A stretch of 64,000 nt of DNA, from contig JAWLHJ010000004.1 in assembly GCA_041690395.1 (NCBI GenBank), positions 192,001 through 256,000 of the forward strand. The letters are read 5' to 3'. Every line of letters starts with the position of its first letter. The stretch's first letter is position 1. Made by a program: the position numbers and the translations under genes. Below the pieces are notes generated by a model. That model was not told where the DNA came from and made no database searches. It saw only the letters and a list, made by a program, of their open reading frames with translations. Source of the stretch: Longimicrobiales bacterium (GTDB lineage: Bacteria > Gemmatimonadota > Gemmatimonadetes > Longimicrobiales > Gaopeijiaceae). This document shows, piece after piece, positions 38,354 through 50,837 of this stretch.

Positions 38354-39577
38354 TTGCCGGGATCGCGTACGGTCCGCGGATGCGTCTTCGCGCTGGCTCT
38401 GTTCGCCCTGGGCGCGTCCGGAGGCTCCGCACAGGATCCGAGCGCGCTCCGCCAGGAGATCGCGGAGAGCCAGAGGCGGCTCGAGCAGATCCGCGCGGAG
38501 CGGGAGCGGCTCGAGCGGGAAATGGGGGACGTGCGCAACCGCGTCCGCGACGTGTCGACCGAGCTCTCGAACGTGGAGCGGCGGCTCTCCGCCACCCGCT
38601 CGGTCCTCGCCGAGGTCGAGTTCCAGTCGGAAGCCACGGCCTCCCAGATCGAGGAGACCACGCGCAATCTGCTCCAGACACGGGAGCGAATGGCCGAGAG
38701 CCAGGCGATCCTCCACCGTCGGCTGCGTGACATCTACAAGATGGGGCCCCTCCGCACGGTTCAGGTGCTCCTGGGCGCGACCTCGTTCACCGATCTGCTC
38801 AATCGGTATCGGTACCTACAGCGGATCGCTCAGTTCGACCGGAGTCTCGTCGAGCGCGTCCAGGCGCTCGAAGCCGACCTCCTCGGCGTGAACGCCGAGC
38901 TCCAGCAGCGGATGGCACAGCTCGGGGCGCTGCGCCGCGACCGGCTCTCCGAAGTGGCGGAGCTGCGCGCCGTCGAATCCGAGCGTCAGGCCGCCCTGCA
39001 GCAGTTCCGCTCCCGGGAGCAGGCCGCCGCGAGTCGACTCCAGGAGCTCGAGGCCGACGAGTCCCGTCTGACGGGACTCATCGACAACCTGGAAACGCGC
39101 CGGCGGGAGCTCGAGGCGCGCAGCACTGCCCCGGCCGCCGCAGCCACGCTGACCGCCGACGACGCGGGGTTGCTCGACTGGCCCGTGGACGGACGCATCA
39201 TCTACCGGTTCGGCCGAGAGCAGCGCCCGAACGGAATGGTGCTCCGGTGGAACGGAATCGGGCTGGCCGCGCCCACGGGCACGCCGGTACGCGCCGTGAG
39301 GCCCGGGCGGGTGGTGCTGGCCGGACCGTTCGAGGGCTACGGCCCGACGGTGGTCATCAGCCACGGCGACGGCGTCTACACCCTCTATCTCTACCTCGAG
39401 GAGATCGGCGTGGTCGAGGGGCGCGACGTCGAGATCGGGCAGGTCGTCGGTACGGTCGGAGGGGAGGACACACCCGAAGGGCCACACATCGAGTTCCAGA
39501 TCCGGGCGCCTTCCGGGACCGGCGCGCCCCAGGCGCAGGATCCGATGGAGTGGCTACGCCCGCGGAGTCCGTCGTGA
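38354..39577 (+). CDS. envC: Murein hydrolase activator EnvC-like (coiled coil + degenerate M23)
   Basis: Signal peptide, long coiled coil, WPVDG, WNGIG and PHIEFQIR with degenerate zinc ligands. Follows ftsEX. Confidence 0.85.
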   Translation: MPGSRTVRGCVFALALFALGASGGSAQDPSALRQEIAESQRRLEQIRAERERLEREMGDVRNRVRDVSTELSNVERRLSATRSVLAEVEFQSEATASQIEETTRNLLQTRERMAESQAILHRRLRDIYKMGPLRTVQVLLGATSFTDLLNRYRYLQRIAQFDRSLVERVQALEADLLGVNAELQQRMAQLGALRRDRLSEVAELRAVESERQAALQQFRSREQAAASRLQELEADESRLTGLIDNLETRRRELEARSTAPAAAATLTADDAGLLDWPVDGRIIYRFGREQRPNGMVLRWNGIGLAAPTGTPVRAVRPGRVVLAGPFEGYGPTVVISHGDGVYTLYLYLEEIGVVEGRDVEIGQVVGTVGGEDTPEGPHIEFQIRAPSGTGAPQAQDPMEWLRPRSPS

Positions 39578-40742
39578 CGCTGCACCCGCTGTTCGGTCAC
39601 GACGAAGCCCGACGCATGGTGGCGCGCTCCCATCATGCCGGTCGGCTGCCGTCGTCGCTCCTCCTCCACGGTCCCAAAGGGGTCGGCAAGCAGCGCTTCG
39701 CCCTCTGGATCGCCCAACTGTCCGTCTGCGAGCAGCCCGACGCGGAGACCGGACCGTGCGACACCTGCCGAAGCTGCAGGCTCCTCCTGAGCCTCGAGCA
39801 TCCCGACGTGCACTGGTACATGCCGCTCTCCCGCCCGACCAGGGTGTCGGGTGACAAGCTGGTCGACGCGCTCGAGGAGGCCCGCCACGAGATGCTCCAG
39901 CACTACCGGGAGAACGGGCTCAGGTCCGGCCACTCGCCGGACGTCACGGGCCTCTACATCGGAACGATCAGGAGTCTCCGGAAGCGGGCCCACATCCGCC
40001 CGTCGATGGCGCCCGGGCCGGTCTTCATCGTGGGCGACGCGGAGCTCCTCGTGCCGCAGGAGGCGAGCCAGGAGGCGGCGAACGCCCTCCTGAAGCTCCT
40101 CGAGGAGCCGCCCGGTGAGGCGCGCTTCATCCTGACCAGCAGCGTGCCCGGAAGCCTCCTTCCCACGATCCGTTCGAGAACGGTCCCGCTTCTCTTGTCC
40201 CCGCTCCCCGACGAGACCATCCGTGAGGTCCTGGTGGAGCGGCTGGACGTGCCGGAGGAACGGGCCACGACGGTGGCCAAGCTCGGTCAGGGATCGCTCG
40301 GGCGCGCGCTCGGCTTCCTCCCTCCGGACGACGACGGCGACGCCCCGCTGAACGCACTCCGGCGCGACGCGTTCAACATCCTGCGGTCCGCGTTGGAGCG
40401 CCGCCGGCACGGCGCCCACCGGTTGGCCCTCGGCTACACCCCGGCGGGAGCTCGCGGCCTGCTCGACCTCTTCCAGATCCTGGAGGAATGGATCCGCGAT
40501 CTCGCCGCGGTCCTCGCTGGCGGCGAGACCCCCGCGTTCCACCAGGACACCACCGAAGCGCTCGGGAAGCTCGCGGCGCGGAGCGGCGTGGAAGCCGCGA
40601 GGGTCCCGCGGGCCCTGCATGCGGTCGAGCGCGCGCGGGAGCTCGCCAGGGGCAACGTGAACCCCCAGCTCGTCGTGGCGGGACTCGTGCTGGACCTCGG
40701 TGACGCCCTCCTTCCTCCCACGACTTCCGCCGCGCACCGCTC

Positions 40743-40746
<4 letters not shown>
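39574..40746 (+). CDS. holB: DNA polymerase III subunit delta'
   Basis: GTGA overlap. GPKGVGK, CDTCRSC, HPDV, AANALLKLLEEPP, LLPTIRSR. Confidence 0.88.
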
Positions 40747-41249
<503 letters not shown>

Positions 41250-41322
41250 CAGCCCGTGGTATAGAAATCTGGTGGGCCGGACCCGGGCTGCGCGGGGCCC
41301 GCGCTCAGGCGAGAGGCTGTAG

Positions 41323-42489
41323 CTATACCCCGGGGGCGACCGGCACCGTGAGCACGGTCCCGACCCTCAGGTAGCGCGGCCGCACCGAAGGATTCGCCTC
41401 GCGCAGATCCGCCACCCGGATCCCGTACCGAACCGCGATGTGGGAGAGCGTCTCCCCGTCGGCCACCCGATGCTCCATGAAGGTGACCCGCTCCTCCGGC
41501 GGGATCAGCGCGTAGGCTTCCTCGAAGCGCGCCCCCGTTCCTGCCGGCAGACGCAGCGTGACCCGCTCCTTCGGAGGGGTGAAGCCACGTAGCACATGAG
41601 GGTTCAGCCTGGCGACGATCTCGGGCTCCACGCCGGCCGCCCGCGCCACCACGTCCAACGACGTCGCGTCCGGCACCTCCACCTCGTCGAAGCCCGCAGC
41701 GCGCATGGGAGTGCGAGGGTGACCGAACGCGTCGGGACGCTCCGCGATCAGGATCGCGGCGAAGAGCTTCGGGACGAAGTCCCGCGTCTCACCCGGCAGG
41801 TGGGGGCGTATCCGCCAGTACAGGTCGTCCGAGAGCGGCTCCAGGGGAGCGTGGCGTGCGATGACCCTGCGCACCCTCGCCGGGCCGGAGTTGTAGGCGG
41901 CGAGGGCGAGGAACCACGATCCGAAATCCGCGTGCAGCTGATCCAGGAAGCGGAGCGCGGCTTCGGTCGACCGGGTCGGATGCCTCCGCTCGTCAAGCAA
42001 CCGGGACACACGCACGCCCAATCCGCGAGCGGTGCCTTCCATGAGCTGCCAGAGGCCCACGGCCCGCGCCGAGCTCACGGCGGTCGGACTGTATCCGCTC
42101 TCCACGATGGGGAGGAAGCGGAGCGAGGGGGGCATTCCGCGGGCGGCCAGGAGGGAGTCGACTTCGGGAACGTATCCTCCCATCCGCGCCAGATCCGCCG
42201 CGAACCATGGAGACGTGTCCGCCGACCAACGCTCGATCCAGCGGTCGACCTCGGCCCGGAACCCGGGATCGCGGAGCATGGGCGTCGTGCGGATCGGGTC
42301 GACCACCACCTCGCCGGAAGGCGCCGGAAGGTCGACGTCGGGAGCCACGACCGGCAGCGCCGGTAGCACCGCGGCTCTGGGCGCAGGATCGGGATGGAGC
42401 GGGCCCGGGGCCGCGCTGCGCCCACACCCCGCCGATCCCGCGAGGCAAGCGAGGACGATCAGGGTGCGGCCCACGCGGCGGGCAGGCAC
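41323..42489 (-). CDS. MltD-like lytic transglycosylase lipoprotein with LysM domains
   Basis: Lipobox-like SAGC, VESGY, GLWQLM, AYNSG, ETRDFVPK, C-terminal LysM. Start uncertain (42474-42558). Confidence 0.88.
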   Translation of the reverse strand: MPARRVGRTLIVLACLAGSAGCGRSAAPGPLHPDPAPRAAVLPALPVVAPDVDLPAPSGEVVVDPIRTTPMLRDPGFRAEVDRWIERWSADTSPWFAADLARMGGYVPEVDSLLAARGMPPSLRFLPIVESGYSPTAVSSARAVGLWQLMEGTARGLGVRVSRLLDERRHPTRSTEAALRFLDQLHADFGSWFLALAAYNSGPARVRRVIARHAPLEPLSDDLYWRIRPHLPGETRDFVPKLFAAILIAERPDAFGHPRTPMRAAGFDEVEVPDATSLDVVARAAGVEPEIVARLNPHVLRGFTPPKERVTLRLPAGTGARFEEAYALIPPEERVTFMEHRVADGETLSHIAVRYGIRVADLREANPSVRPRYLRVGTVLTVPVAPGV

Positions 42490-42532
42490 GGGGCGGGCGC
42501 GGACGGGGCCTACCGGCTCCGGCCGCCCGCCC

Positions 42533-44572
<2,040 letters not shown>

Positions 44573-44727
44573 TCAGACCCGTTGAAGTCTAATCGAGCCG
44601 GCCCGGGCACGCAGCCGCTCTAGCAGGTGCCGTCGTGGAGCGCCGTCTCTTCTTTGACGGCGCGCGCGGCCGTAGCTTGGGCGTCGAACACGCGACACCC
44701 AATTCACCGATCCGTCGGACCTTTCGT

Positions 44728-45549
44728 ATGGCATTCCACCCCCTTCGACCCGCGCCCATCACTCCCGACGTGGAACGACTCTACGACGGCTGGCTGACCG
44801 AGCTGGAGAACGCGCTCGCGGATCCCGCCTGTGACCGGAACGTGCTGTGCCGGGATCTGCTGACGGACATCTACTATCCCGGGCTTCGGGAAACGGAGAC
44901 CGACCGTCTCCCGACGGAGACCCGTGTCGCACTCGCGCAGATGGACCCGCGCAACGTGACACTCGAGCCCGAGTACTACGAGGACCTCGACCTCGAGCGG
45001 TACGCCCCCCGCAAGCCCCTCATCTGGCTCTGGGAGATGTTCGACCGGAGCCCCCTGGGCGAGAACGTGGCGCTCGGCGTGCGTTTTCGCCGTATTCTCG
45101 CGCCCCACGTGTTCGGTAGCTGCGGCAAGAACTTCAAGGCGTTCACGTTCGTGCGGGTATCCTTCGGATACAACCTGCACGTCGGTGACAACGTCGTGAT
45201 CCACCGGCACGTGCTCCTGGACGATCGCGGCGGGATCGAGATCGGAGACGGCGCCTCGGTATCGGACTTCGCGAACGTCTACTCGCACTCCCACGACATC
45301 GTCGACGGTCGGAACGTGAACCTCCCGACGACACGTATCGGAGCCGGGGCGCGGATCACGTACCACGCCACGATCCTGGCCGGCACCCATGTCGCCGAGG
45401 ACTCCATGGTCGGCGCCGGCTCGATCCTGACGAAGGACACCGAGCCCCACTGGGTCTACGTCGGCATCCCGGCCAGGAAGATCAAGGAGAAGCCGGCCGA
45501 AGCCCGGGCGAAGAAGGCGCCCCCGACGCCCGACCCACTGGCGGGCTGA
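44728..45549 (+). CDS. Hexapeptide-repeat (left-handed beta-helix) acyltransferase
   Basis: VGDNVVI, IEIGDGASV, SHSH, IGAGARI, VGAGS, GIPAR. Confidence 0.87.
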   Translation: MAFHPLRPAPITPDVERLYDGWLTELENALADPACDRNVLCRDLLTDIYYPGLRETETDRLPTETRVALAQMDPRNVTLEPEYYEDLDLERYAPRKPLIWLWEMFDRSPLGENVALGVRFRRILAPHVFGSCGKNFKAFTFVRVSFGYNLHVGDNVVIHRHVLLDDRGGIEIGDGASVSDFANVYSHSHDIVDGRNVNLPTTRIGAGARITYHATILAGTHVAEDSMVGAGSILTKDTEPHWVYVGIPARKIKEKPAEARAKKAPPTPDPLAG

Positions 45550-45564
45550 CGCCGCACGGGCGCG

Positions 45565-47529
45565 TCAGTCCTCCACGCCCTCCTCCTCGTAGCGTCCCTT
45601 CACCCGCTCGACCACCGCCGGGTCGGCCAGCGTCGTCGTGTCGCCCACCACGTGTCCGTCCGCGATATCGCGCAGCAACCGCCGCATGATCTTGCCGGAG
45701 CGGGTCTTGGGTAGATCCGCCGTGAACACGACGACCTCCGGCTTCGCGATCGCTCCGATGAGGGTGCCGACGTGGTCCCGCACCTCCCGCATGAGCTCGT
45801 TCGACGGGTCGTAGCCTTCCTTCAGCGAGACGAAAGCCGCGATCGCCTGTCCCTTGATGTCGTGCTTCTTCCCCACGACCGCGGCCTCCGCGACCGCGGG
45901 GTGGTCCACCAGGGCGCTCTCGACCTCCATGGTCCCGATCCGGTGTCCGGCCACGTTGAGGACGTCGTCGACGCGGCCGAGGATCCAGAAGTAGCCGTCG
46001 CCGTCCCGCTTGGCCCCGTCCCCGGGGAAGTAGGTGTCGGGCCACTTCGACCAGTAGGTGGCGCGGTAGCGGTCGTCGTCACCCCACACGGTGCGCAGCA
46101 TCGACGGCCAGGGGGAGCGGATGGCCAGGAACCCGGAATGGGCTTCGGTCCCCGAGCTGTCCAGGATGGTGGCGTCGATTCCCGGAAACGGCCGGGTCGC
46201 CGTCCCCGGCTTCGTCTCGACCAGGGCGGGGAGCGGGGTGATCATGATGGCCCCGGTCTCGGTCTGCCACCACGTGTCCACGATCGGGCAGCGCTCGCCC
46301 CCGATGACCTTGTGATACCAGATCCACGCCTCGGGGTTGATGGGCTCGCCCACGGTTCCGAGCAGCCGCAGCGACGAAAGGTCCGACTTCTCGGGCCACT
46401 GGTCGCCCCATCCCATGAAGGCCCGGATCGCGGTCGGCGCCGTGTAGAAGATCGTGACGCCGTAGCGCTCGCAGATCTCCCAGAAGCGCCCGCGGTCCGG
46501 CCAATCCGGAGCGCCCTCGTACATGACGACCTGCGCGCCGTTCGCCAGCGGACCGTAGACGATGTAGCTGTGCCCGGTGATCCAGCCCACGTCGGCCGTG
46601 CACCAGTAGACGTCGTCGTCACGGAGGTCGAAGACCGCCTTCGTCGTGGCGTAGACCTGGGTGAGGTAGCCGCCGGTGGTGTGCACCACTCCCTTCGGCT
46701 TCCCGGTCGTCCCCGAGGTGTAGAGGATGAACAGTGGGTCCTCGGCGTCCATCGGCTGCGCCTCGTGCTCGGCCGACGCGGAGTCGACGAGCTCGTGGTA
46801 CCAGTGATCGCGGCCCTCGACCATGCCGGCATCGGTCTGCTCGGAGAGCTCACCACCGCGCCGGACGACCACGACGCTCTCCACGGTCGGGGAGGTCTCG
46901 AGCGCCACGTCCGCGTTCTCCTTCAGGGCAACAACGCTTCCTCGCCGCCAGCCACCGTCGGCGGTGATCAGCACCTTGGCGGCCGCGTCGTTGTTCCGGT
47001 CGGCCAGCGATCCAGGGCTGAACCCCCCGAACACCACCGAGTGGATGGCGCCGATGCGGGCGCAGGCCAGCATCGCCACGGCCGCCTCCGGAACCATGGG
47101 CAGATAGATCGTGACCCGGTCGCCCTTCTCCACCCCGAGCCCCGCCAACGCGTTCGCGAAGCGGCACACCTCGTCCCTGAGCTCCGCGTAGCTGTAGGTG
47201 CGGCGGTCGCCGGGCTCGCCCTCCCAGATCAGCGCGGTACGGTCTCCGCGACCGGCTTCCACGTGCCGGTCCACGCAGTTGCGGGCCACGTTCAGCCGGC
47301 CGCCCAGAAACCACTTGGCGTGCGGCGGCGTCCATTCGAGCACACGGTCCCAAGGTTCGGCCCACTCGAGCTCCGTCGCCCACTCGGCCCAATACGCCTC
47401 GCGGTCGCTCGCCGCCCGGTCCCACACGTCCGGGTCCGACATGACGGCGCCCTCCGCGAAGCCTTCGGGCGGAGGAAAGCGGCGTTCTTCGTGTAGCAGG
47501 TCGTCGAGCGCTCCTGAATCCTGACTCAT
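45565..47529 (-). CDS. acs: Acetyl-CoA synthetase
   Basis: [47 protein letters not shown] 47529. Confidence 0.96.
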   Translation of the reverse strand: MSQDSGALDDLLHEERRFPPPEGFAEGAVMSDPDVWDRAASDREAYWAEWATELEWAEPWDRVLEWTPPHAKWFLGGRLNVARNCVDRHVEAGRGDRTALIWEGEPGDRRTYSYAELRDEVCRFANALAGLGVEKGDRVTIYLPMVPEAAVAMLACARIGAIHSVVFGGFSPGSLADRNNDAAAKVLITADGGWRRGSVVALKENADVALETSPTVESVVVVRRGGELSEQTDAGMVEGRDHWYHELVDSASAEHEAQPMDAEDPLFILYTSGTTGKPKGVVHTTGGYLTQVYATTKAVFDLRDDDVYWCTADVGWITGHSYIVYGPLANGAQVVMYEGAPDWPDRGRFWEICERYGVTIFYTAPTAIRAFMGWGDQWPEKSDLSSLRLLGTVGEPINPEAWIWYHKVIGGERCPIVDTWWQTETGAIMITPLPALVETKPGTATRPFPGIDATILDSSGTEAHSGFLAIRSPWPSMLRTVWGDDDRYRATYWSKWPDTYFPGDGAKRDGDGYFWILGRVDDVLNVAGHRIGTMEVESALVDHPAVAEAAVVGKKHDIKGQAIAAFVSLKEGYDPSNELMREVRDHVGTLIGAIAKPEVVVFTADLPKTRSGKIMRRLLRDIADGHVVGDTTTLADPAVVERVKGRYEEEGVED

Positions 47530-47618
47530 CGATCTCTTGGACTTGGGGGACGGTACCGGGAGTGCCCGGTAGGGCCTCGCCCAATGTGCACGGACCCACC
47601 CGCGAAGCAAGAGAGCGC

Positions 47619-47646
47619 TTGAGATCTCGCGGCCACTCCATATCTT
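47619..47646 (+). promoter_or_regulatory. Putative sigma70 promoter of the P1B ATPase
   Basis: TTGAGA-N16-TATCTT. Confidence 0.5.
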
Positions 47647-47668
47647 TATCGATAATCATTATTGATAA
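47646..47668. promoter_or_regulatory. Fur/PerR-type operator
   Basis: TTATCGATAAT-C-ATTATTGATAA, an 11-1-11 inverted repeat with one mismatched pair. Core GATAATCATTAT matches the Fur box. Very AT-rich against the background. Confidence 0.8.
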
Positions 47669-47676
47669 GGATGCGC

Positions 47677-49665
47677 ATGTCCGAGCTTCAGCCCTCGAAA
47701 CCGGCCGTCGAGCAGCACCGCTGGAAGCCGCAGGCAGTCTCCACAGGCGTTTGCCTCACGGCGACGGTCGCCGGATGGGCCCTTCCCCACCTGGGTCTCC
47801 CCGGACTCTCGCTTCCGGCCCTCCTCCTCGCCTACGCGGCAGGGGGGTGGGACAGCGTCATCCGCACCACGAAGGCACTCAGGCAGTTCAAGCTCGACGT
47901 CGACCTCCTCATGCTCATCGCGGCGGTGGGCGCCGCGCTGGTGGGGCACTGGATCGAGGGGGCCATCCTCCTCTTTCTGTTCTCGCTGAGCAACACGCTC
48001 GAGACCTATGCCTTCGGGCGCACGCGTCGGTCCATCCGCGCCCTGATGCAGCTGCGTCCCGAGGAGGCCTCCGTGGTCAAGGACGGGTCGGAGTCGTTGG
48101 AGCCGATCGAGCGCCTCCGCCCGGGCGACGTGGTCCGGGTTCGACCCGGGGAGCGGATTCCCGTCGATGGTCAGGTCGTCGCCGGCTCTTCGCGCGTTGA
48201 CGAGTCCACCCTCACGGGCGAGCCCACTCCGGTCCAGAAGGAAGTCGGCGGGGACGTCTTCGCGGGAACGCTCAATCAGGGCGGATCGCTGGACGTGCGG
48301 ACCAATAAGGCGGCCGACGACACGCAGCTCGCGCGCGTCATCGCATTGGTCGAGCAGGCCCAGGAAGCCAGGGCCCCGACCCAAAGCTGGATCGAGCGGG
48401 TGGAAGGGCGCTACGCCGCAGCGGTCATCGTCGGCGCGATGCTGGCCGTGCTGATTCCGTGGCTCGGGCTGGGGTGGAGCTTTCAGGACGCCCTGTATCG
48501 CGGGATGACGTTGTTGGTCGTGGCATCTCCGTGTGCCCTCGTGATCTCGATTCCCGCCACCGTGGTCTCCGCGGTCTCGAACGGGGCCCGACACGGGATC
48601 CTGTTCAAGGGTGGAGCGCACCTCGACGCCCTCGCCACGATCCGGGTCGCGGCGTTCGACAAGACGGGGACGCTCACCGTCGGACGGCCCGAGGTCGTCG
48701 GCGTGCGGGCGGAACGTGCCGTCGCGGCGGCGGTGCCGGACTCCACGGACGCCGCCGACGGGTCCGGATCGCACGTGGGCCTCGACGAGACGGATCGTCT
48801 CATCGAGCTCGCCGCCGCGGCCGAGTCCCGCTCGGAGCATCCCCTGGGCGCCGCGATCCTGCGTGAAGCCGAACGCCGCGGGCTCACCGTGGAGAGCCCC
48901 GAAACCTTCGATTCCTCGCCCGGCCACGGCGTGAGCGCCGACATCGGGGGACGCTCGGTCCAGGTGGGCCGTCGCTCCTGGATCGAGACCGTCGCAGGGG
49001 AGTCCGTGCCCCCCGGTCTCACGGAGCTCTTCGTCGACGACCTGGAGGGGGCGACGCCGGTCTACGTGGCGGTGGACGGGGCGCACGCCGGTGTGATCGC
49101 GATCGCCGACAAGCCGCGCGCCGGTGCCCGCGAGGTCGTACGCGCCCTCGCGGACCGGGGGATCCGGACGTCGGTGATGTTGACCGGCGACGCGTCCTCG
49201 GCGGCGCACGCGATCGGGCGGGCGGTGGGGCTCGAGGACATCCACGCAGAGCTCCTGCCCGAGCAGAAATCACAGGTCATCGAGGAGCTCCGTCGCCGTC
49301 ACGGGCCGGTCGCGATGATCGGGGACGGCGTGAATGACGCCCCCGCGCTAGCCTCCGCCGACCTCGGGATCGCGGTCGGCGCGGCCGGATCGGACGTCGC
49401 GCTCGAGACGGCCGACGTGGTCATCCTCGGCGACGACCTGGGCGCCCTCGGCCATGCCGTCGAGTTGAGCCACCGAACCCGCAGGATCGTTCGGCAGAAC
49501 CTCGTGTTCGCGGTAGCCGTCATGCTCACGCTGCTGGGTCTCGCGTCGTTCGGACTGATCGGCCTGACCACCGGTGTCATCGGCCACGAGGGGAGCACCA
49601 TCGTGGTGGTATTCAACGGACTCCGACTGCTGCGCGACGGAAAGTCGCTCAGGCGTCGAGCATGA
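47677..49665 (+). CDS. P1B-4 heavy-metal P-type ATPase (PfeT/CoaT-like Fe2+/Co2+ exporter)
   Basis: TGE, SPC in the TM segment, DKTGT, SEHP, GDGVND, HEGST in the last TM. No N-terminal CxxC domain. Start ATG 47671 or 47677. Confidence 0.9.
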   Translation: MSELQPSKPAVEQHRWKPQAVSTGVCLTATVAGWALPHLGLPGLSLPALLLAYAAGGWDSVIRTTKALRQFKLDVDLLMLIAAVGAALVGHWIEGAILLFLFSLSNTLETYAFGRTRRSIRALMQLRPEEASVVKDGSESLEPIERLRPGDVVRVRPGERIPVDGQVVAGSSRVDESTLTGEPTPVQKEVGGDVFAGTLNQGGSLDVRTNKAADDTQLARVIALVEQAQEARAPTQSWIERVEGRYAAAVIVGAMLAVLIPWLGLGWSFQDALYRGMTLLVVASPCALVISIPATVVSAVSNGARHGILFKGGAHLDALATIRVAAFDKTGTLTVGRPEVVGVRAERAVAAAVPDSTDAADGSGSHVGLDETDRLIELAAAAESRSEHPLGAAILREAERRGLTVESPETFDSSPGHGVSADIGGRSVQVGRRSWIETVAGESVPPGLTELFVDDLEGATPVYVAVDGAHAGVIAIADKPRAGAREVVRALADRGIRTSVMLTGDASSAAHAIGRAVGLEDIHAELLPEQKSQVIEELRRRHGPVAMIGDGVNDAPALASADLGIAVGAAGSDVALETADVVILGDDLGALGHAVELSHRTRRIVRQNLVFAVAVMLTLLGLASFGLIGLTTGVIGHEGSTIVVVFNGLRLLRDGKSLRRRA

Positions 49666-50206
49666 CCGACTGGAGTCGATCTTCCCGGAGCAGACGCTCG
49701 AAAGCGCTCACGGCGGTTCCGGCGAGGGCCTCGATGGCGTCGGGCCCGGCCGAAAGCGCGGTCTTCGGAATGACCAACTTGAAGCGGACCTCGGCGGTCG
49801 CGTCCACCGCGGACGTCTCCATGTCGGCAAGGCGGAAGCGGAGTGACAGCGGCGTTCGGTACGCCGTCGGAAGGTGCGCCGCCCCGAGGCGGCCCAGCTC
49901 GGAGAGGAGATCGGGCACCGATGGCACCTTCCCGAGGTCGACGAGGTCCACGACGAGGGCCAGGTTCCCGGTGAGCCCGCGGCTCGTCTCGTCGAGATAC
50001 ACGTCGATGCTCACCGGTTCGTCCAGCTCCTCGCGATGGAAAAAGAGGTACGCGCTCCGGGTGGAGTCACCCTTCCAGCGCCCCTCGAACTCGTGGCTGG
50101 TGGTCTTCTGGAGACCCGAGAGGCTCCACCCCGAAGCCTCGAGCCCGACGCGGACGGCGTCGATGAGGGGTTCCAGCGTGAGCACGGACTCGTTGGACTC
50201 GGGCAT
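49649..50206 (-). CDS. Hypothetical protein
   Basis: 185-aa ORF with globular composition and GGAGGA SD. Fills the gap between the ATPase and the Fur-family gene. Confidence 0.7.
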   Translation of the reverse strand: MPESNESVLTLEPLIDAVRVGLEASGWSLSGLQKTTSHEFEGRWKGDSTRSAYLFFHREELDEPVSIDVYLDETSRGLTGNLALVVDLVDLGKVPSVPDLLSELGRLGAAHLPTAYRTPLSLRFRLADMETSAVDATAEVRFKLVIPKTALSAGPDAIEALAGTAVSAFERLLREDRLQSVMLDA

Positions 50207-50259
50207 CGAAAGATCCTCCAGGACCGCGTTTTACGGGGTTTTGAGCGGCTCTGATTCTG

Positions 50260-50289
50260 TTGACATCAGGACTCGTGAACGTGTACACT
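50260..50289 (+). promoter_or_regulatory. Putative sigma70 promoter of the PerR-like gene
   Basis: TTGACA-N18-TACACT. Confidence 0.6.
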
Positions 50290-50323
50290 ACGCTTATCCA
50301 TTCCGGTCAAGAAGGCGCGACGG

Positions 50324-50806
50324 ATGAAGGAAGATCAGAACATGGAAGCCACCCGGGAGCCCAGCGAGGCGGTGCTGCGTGAGGCCCTCGAAGAGAGCGG
50401 CCAGCGGTTCACCGAACAGCGGGCGGCGGTCTACCGCTACCTGACGAGCACGGACACCCATCCCACGGCGGACGAGGTGCTGGTCGCGGTGCGTCACGAG
50501 CTTCCGACGATCTCGCTCGCGACCGTGTACAAGAGCCTCGAGACCCTGGTCGGCTGCGGCCTCGCGGTCAAGCTCACGTATACCGACGCGTCATCGCGCT
50601 ACGACGGTCGGACGGACCCCCATCATCACGCACGCTGCCTGGGATGCGGCAAGGTGGCAGACCTCCCCGGCAAGCTGCCTCAGCGGGAGATCGACGATCT
50701 CCGCGACCGGGCCCGGAACTTCACGGTGGTCGGCTACCGATTCGAGTTGTCCGGCTACTGCTCCACGTGTGTCCCCGAAGGGGGCCCCGCCCCGTTGCAC
50801 GCCTAG
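50324..50806 (+). CDS. perR: Fur-family regulator, PerR-type
   Basis: HPTADEV, SLATVY, LTYTDASSRYD, HHHARCLGCGKVAD (Asp at the PerR D104-equivalent position), C-terminal CSTC. Confidence 0.8.
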   Translation: MKEDQNMEATREPSEAVLREALEESGQRFTEQRAAVYRYLTSTDTHPTADEVLVAVRHELPTISLATVYKSLETLVGCGLAVKLTYTDASSRYDGRTDPHHHARCLGCGKVADLPGKLPQREIDDLRDRARNFTVVGYRFELSGYCSTCVPEGGPAPLHA

Positions 50807-50837
50807 CCTGGCCGCGCGCCACGGCTCCCCCCGCCGC

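Noticed and set aside
44654..44678. TTGACG...TAGCTT promoter before the acyltransferase
   Set aside because: The spacer is only 13 nt, so this pairing does not fit, although the -10 alone may be real.
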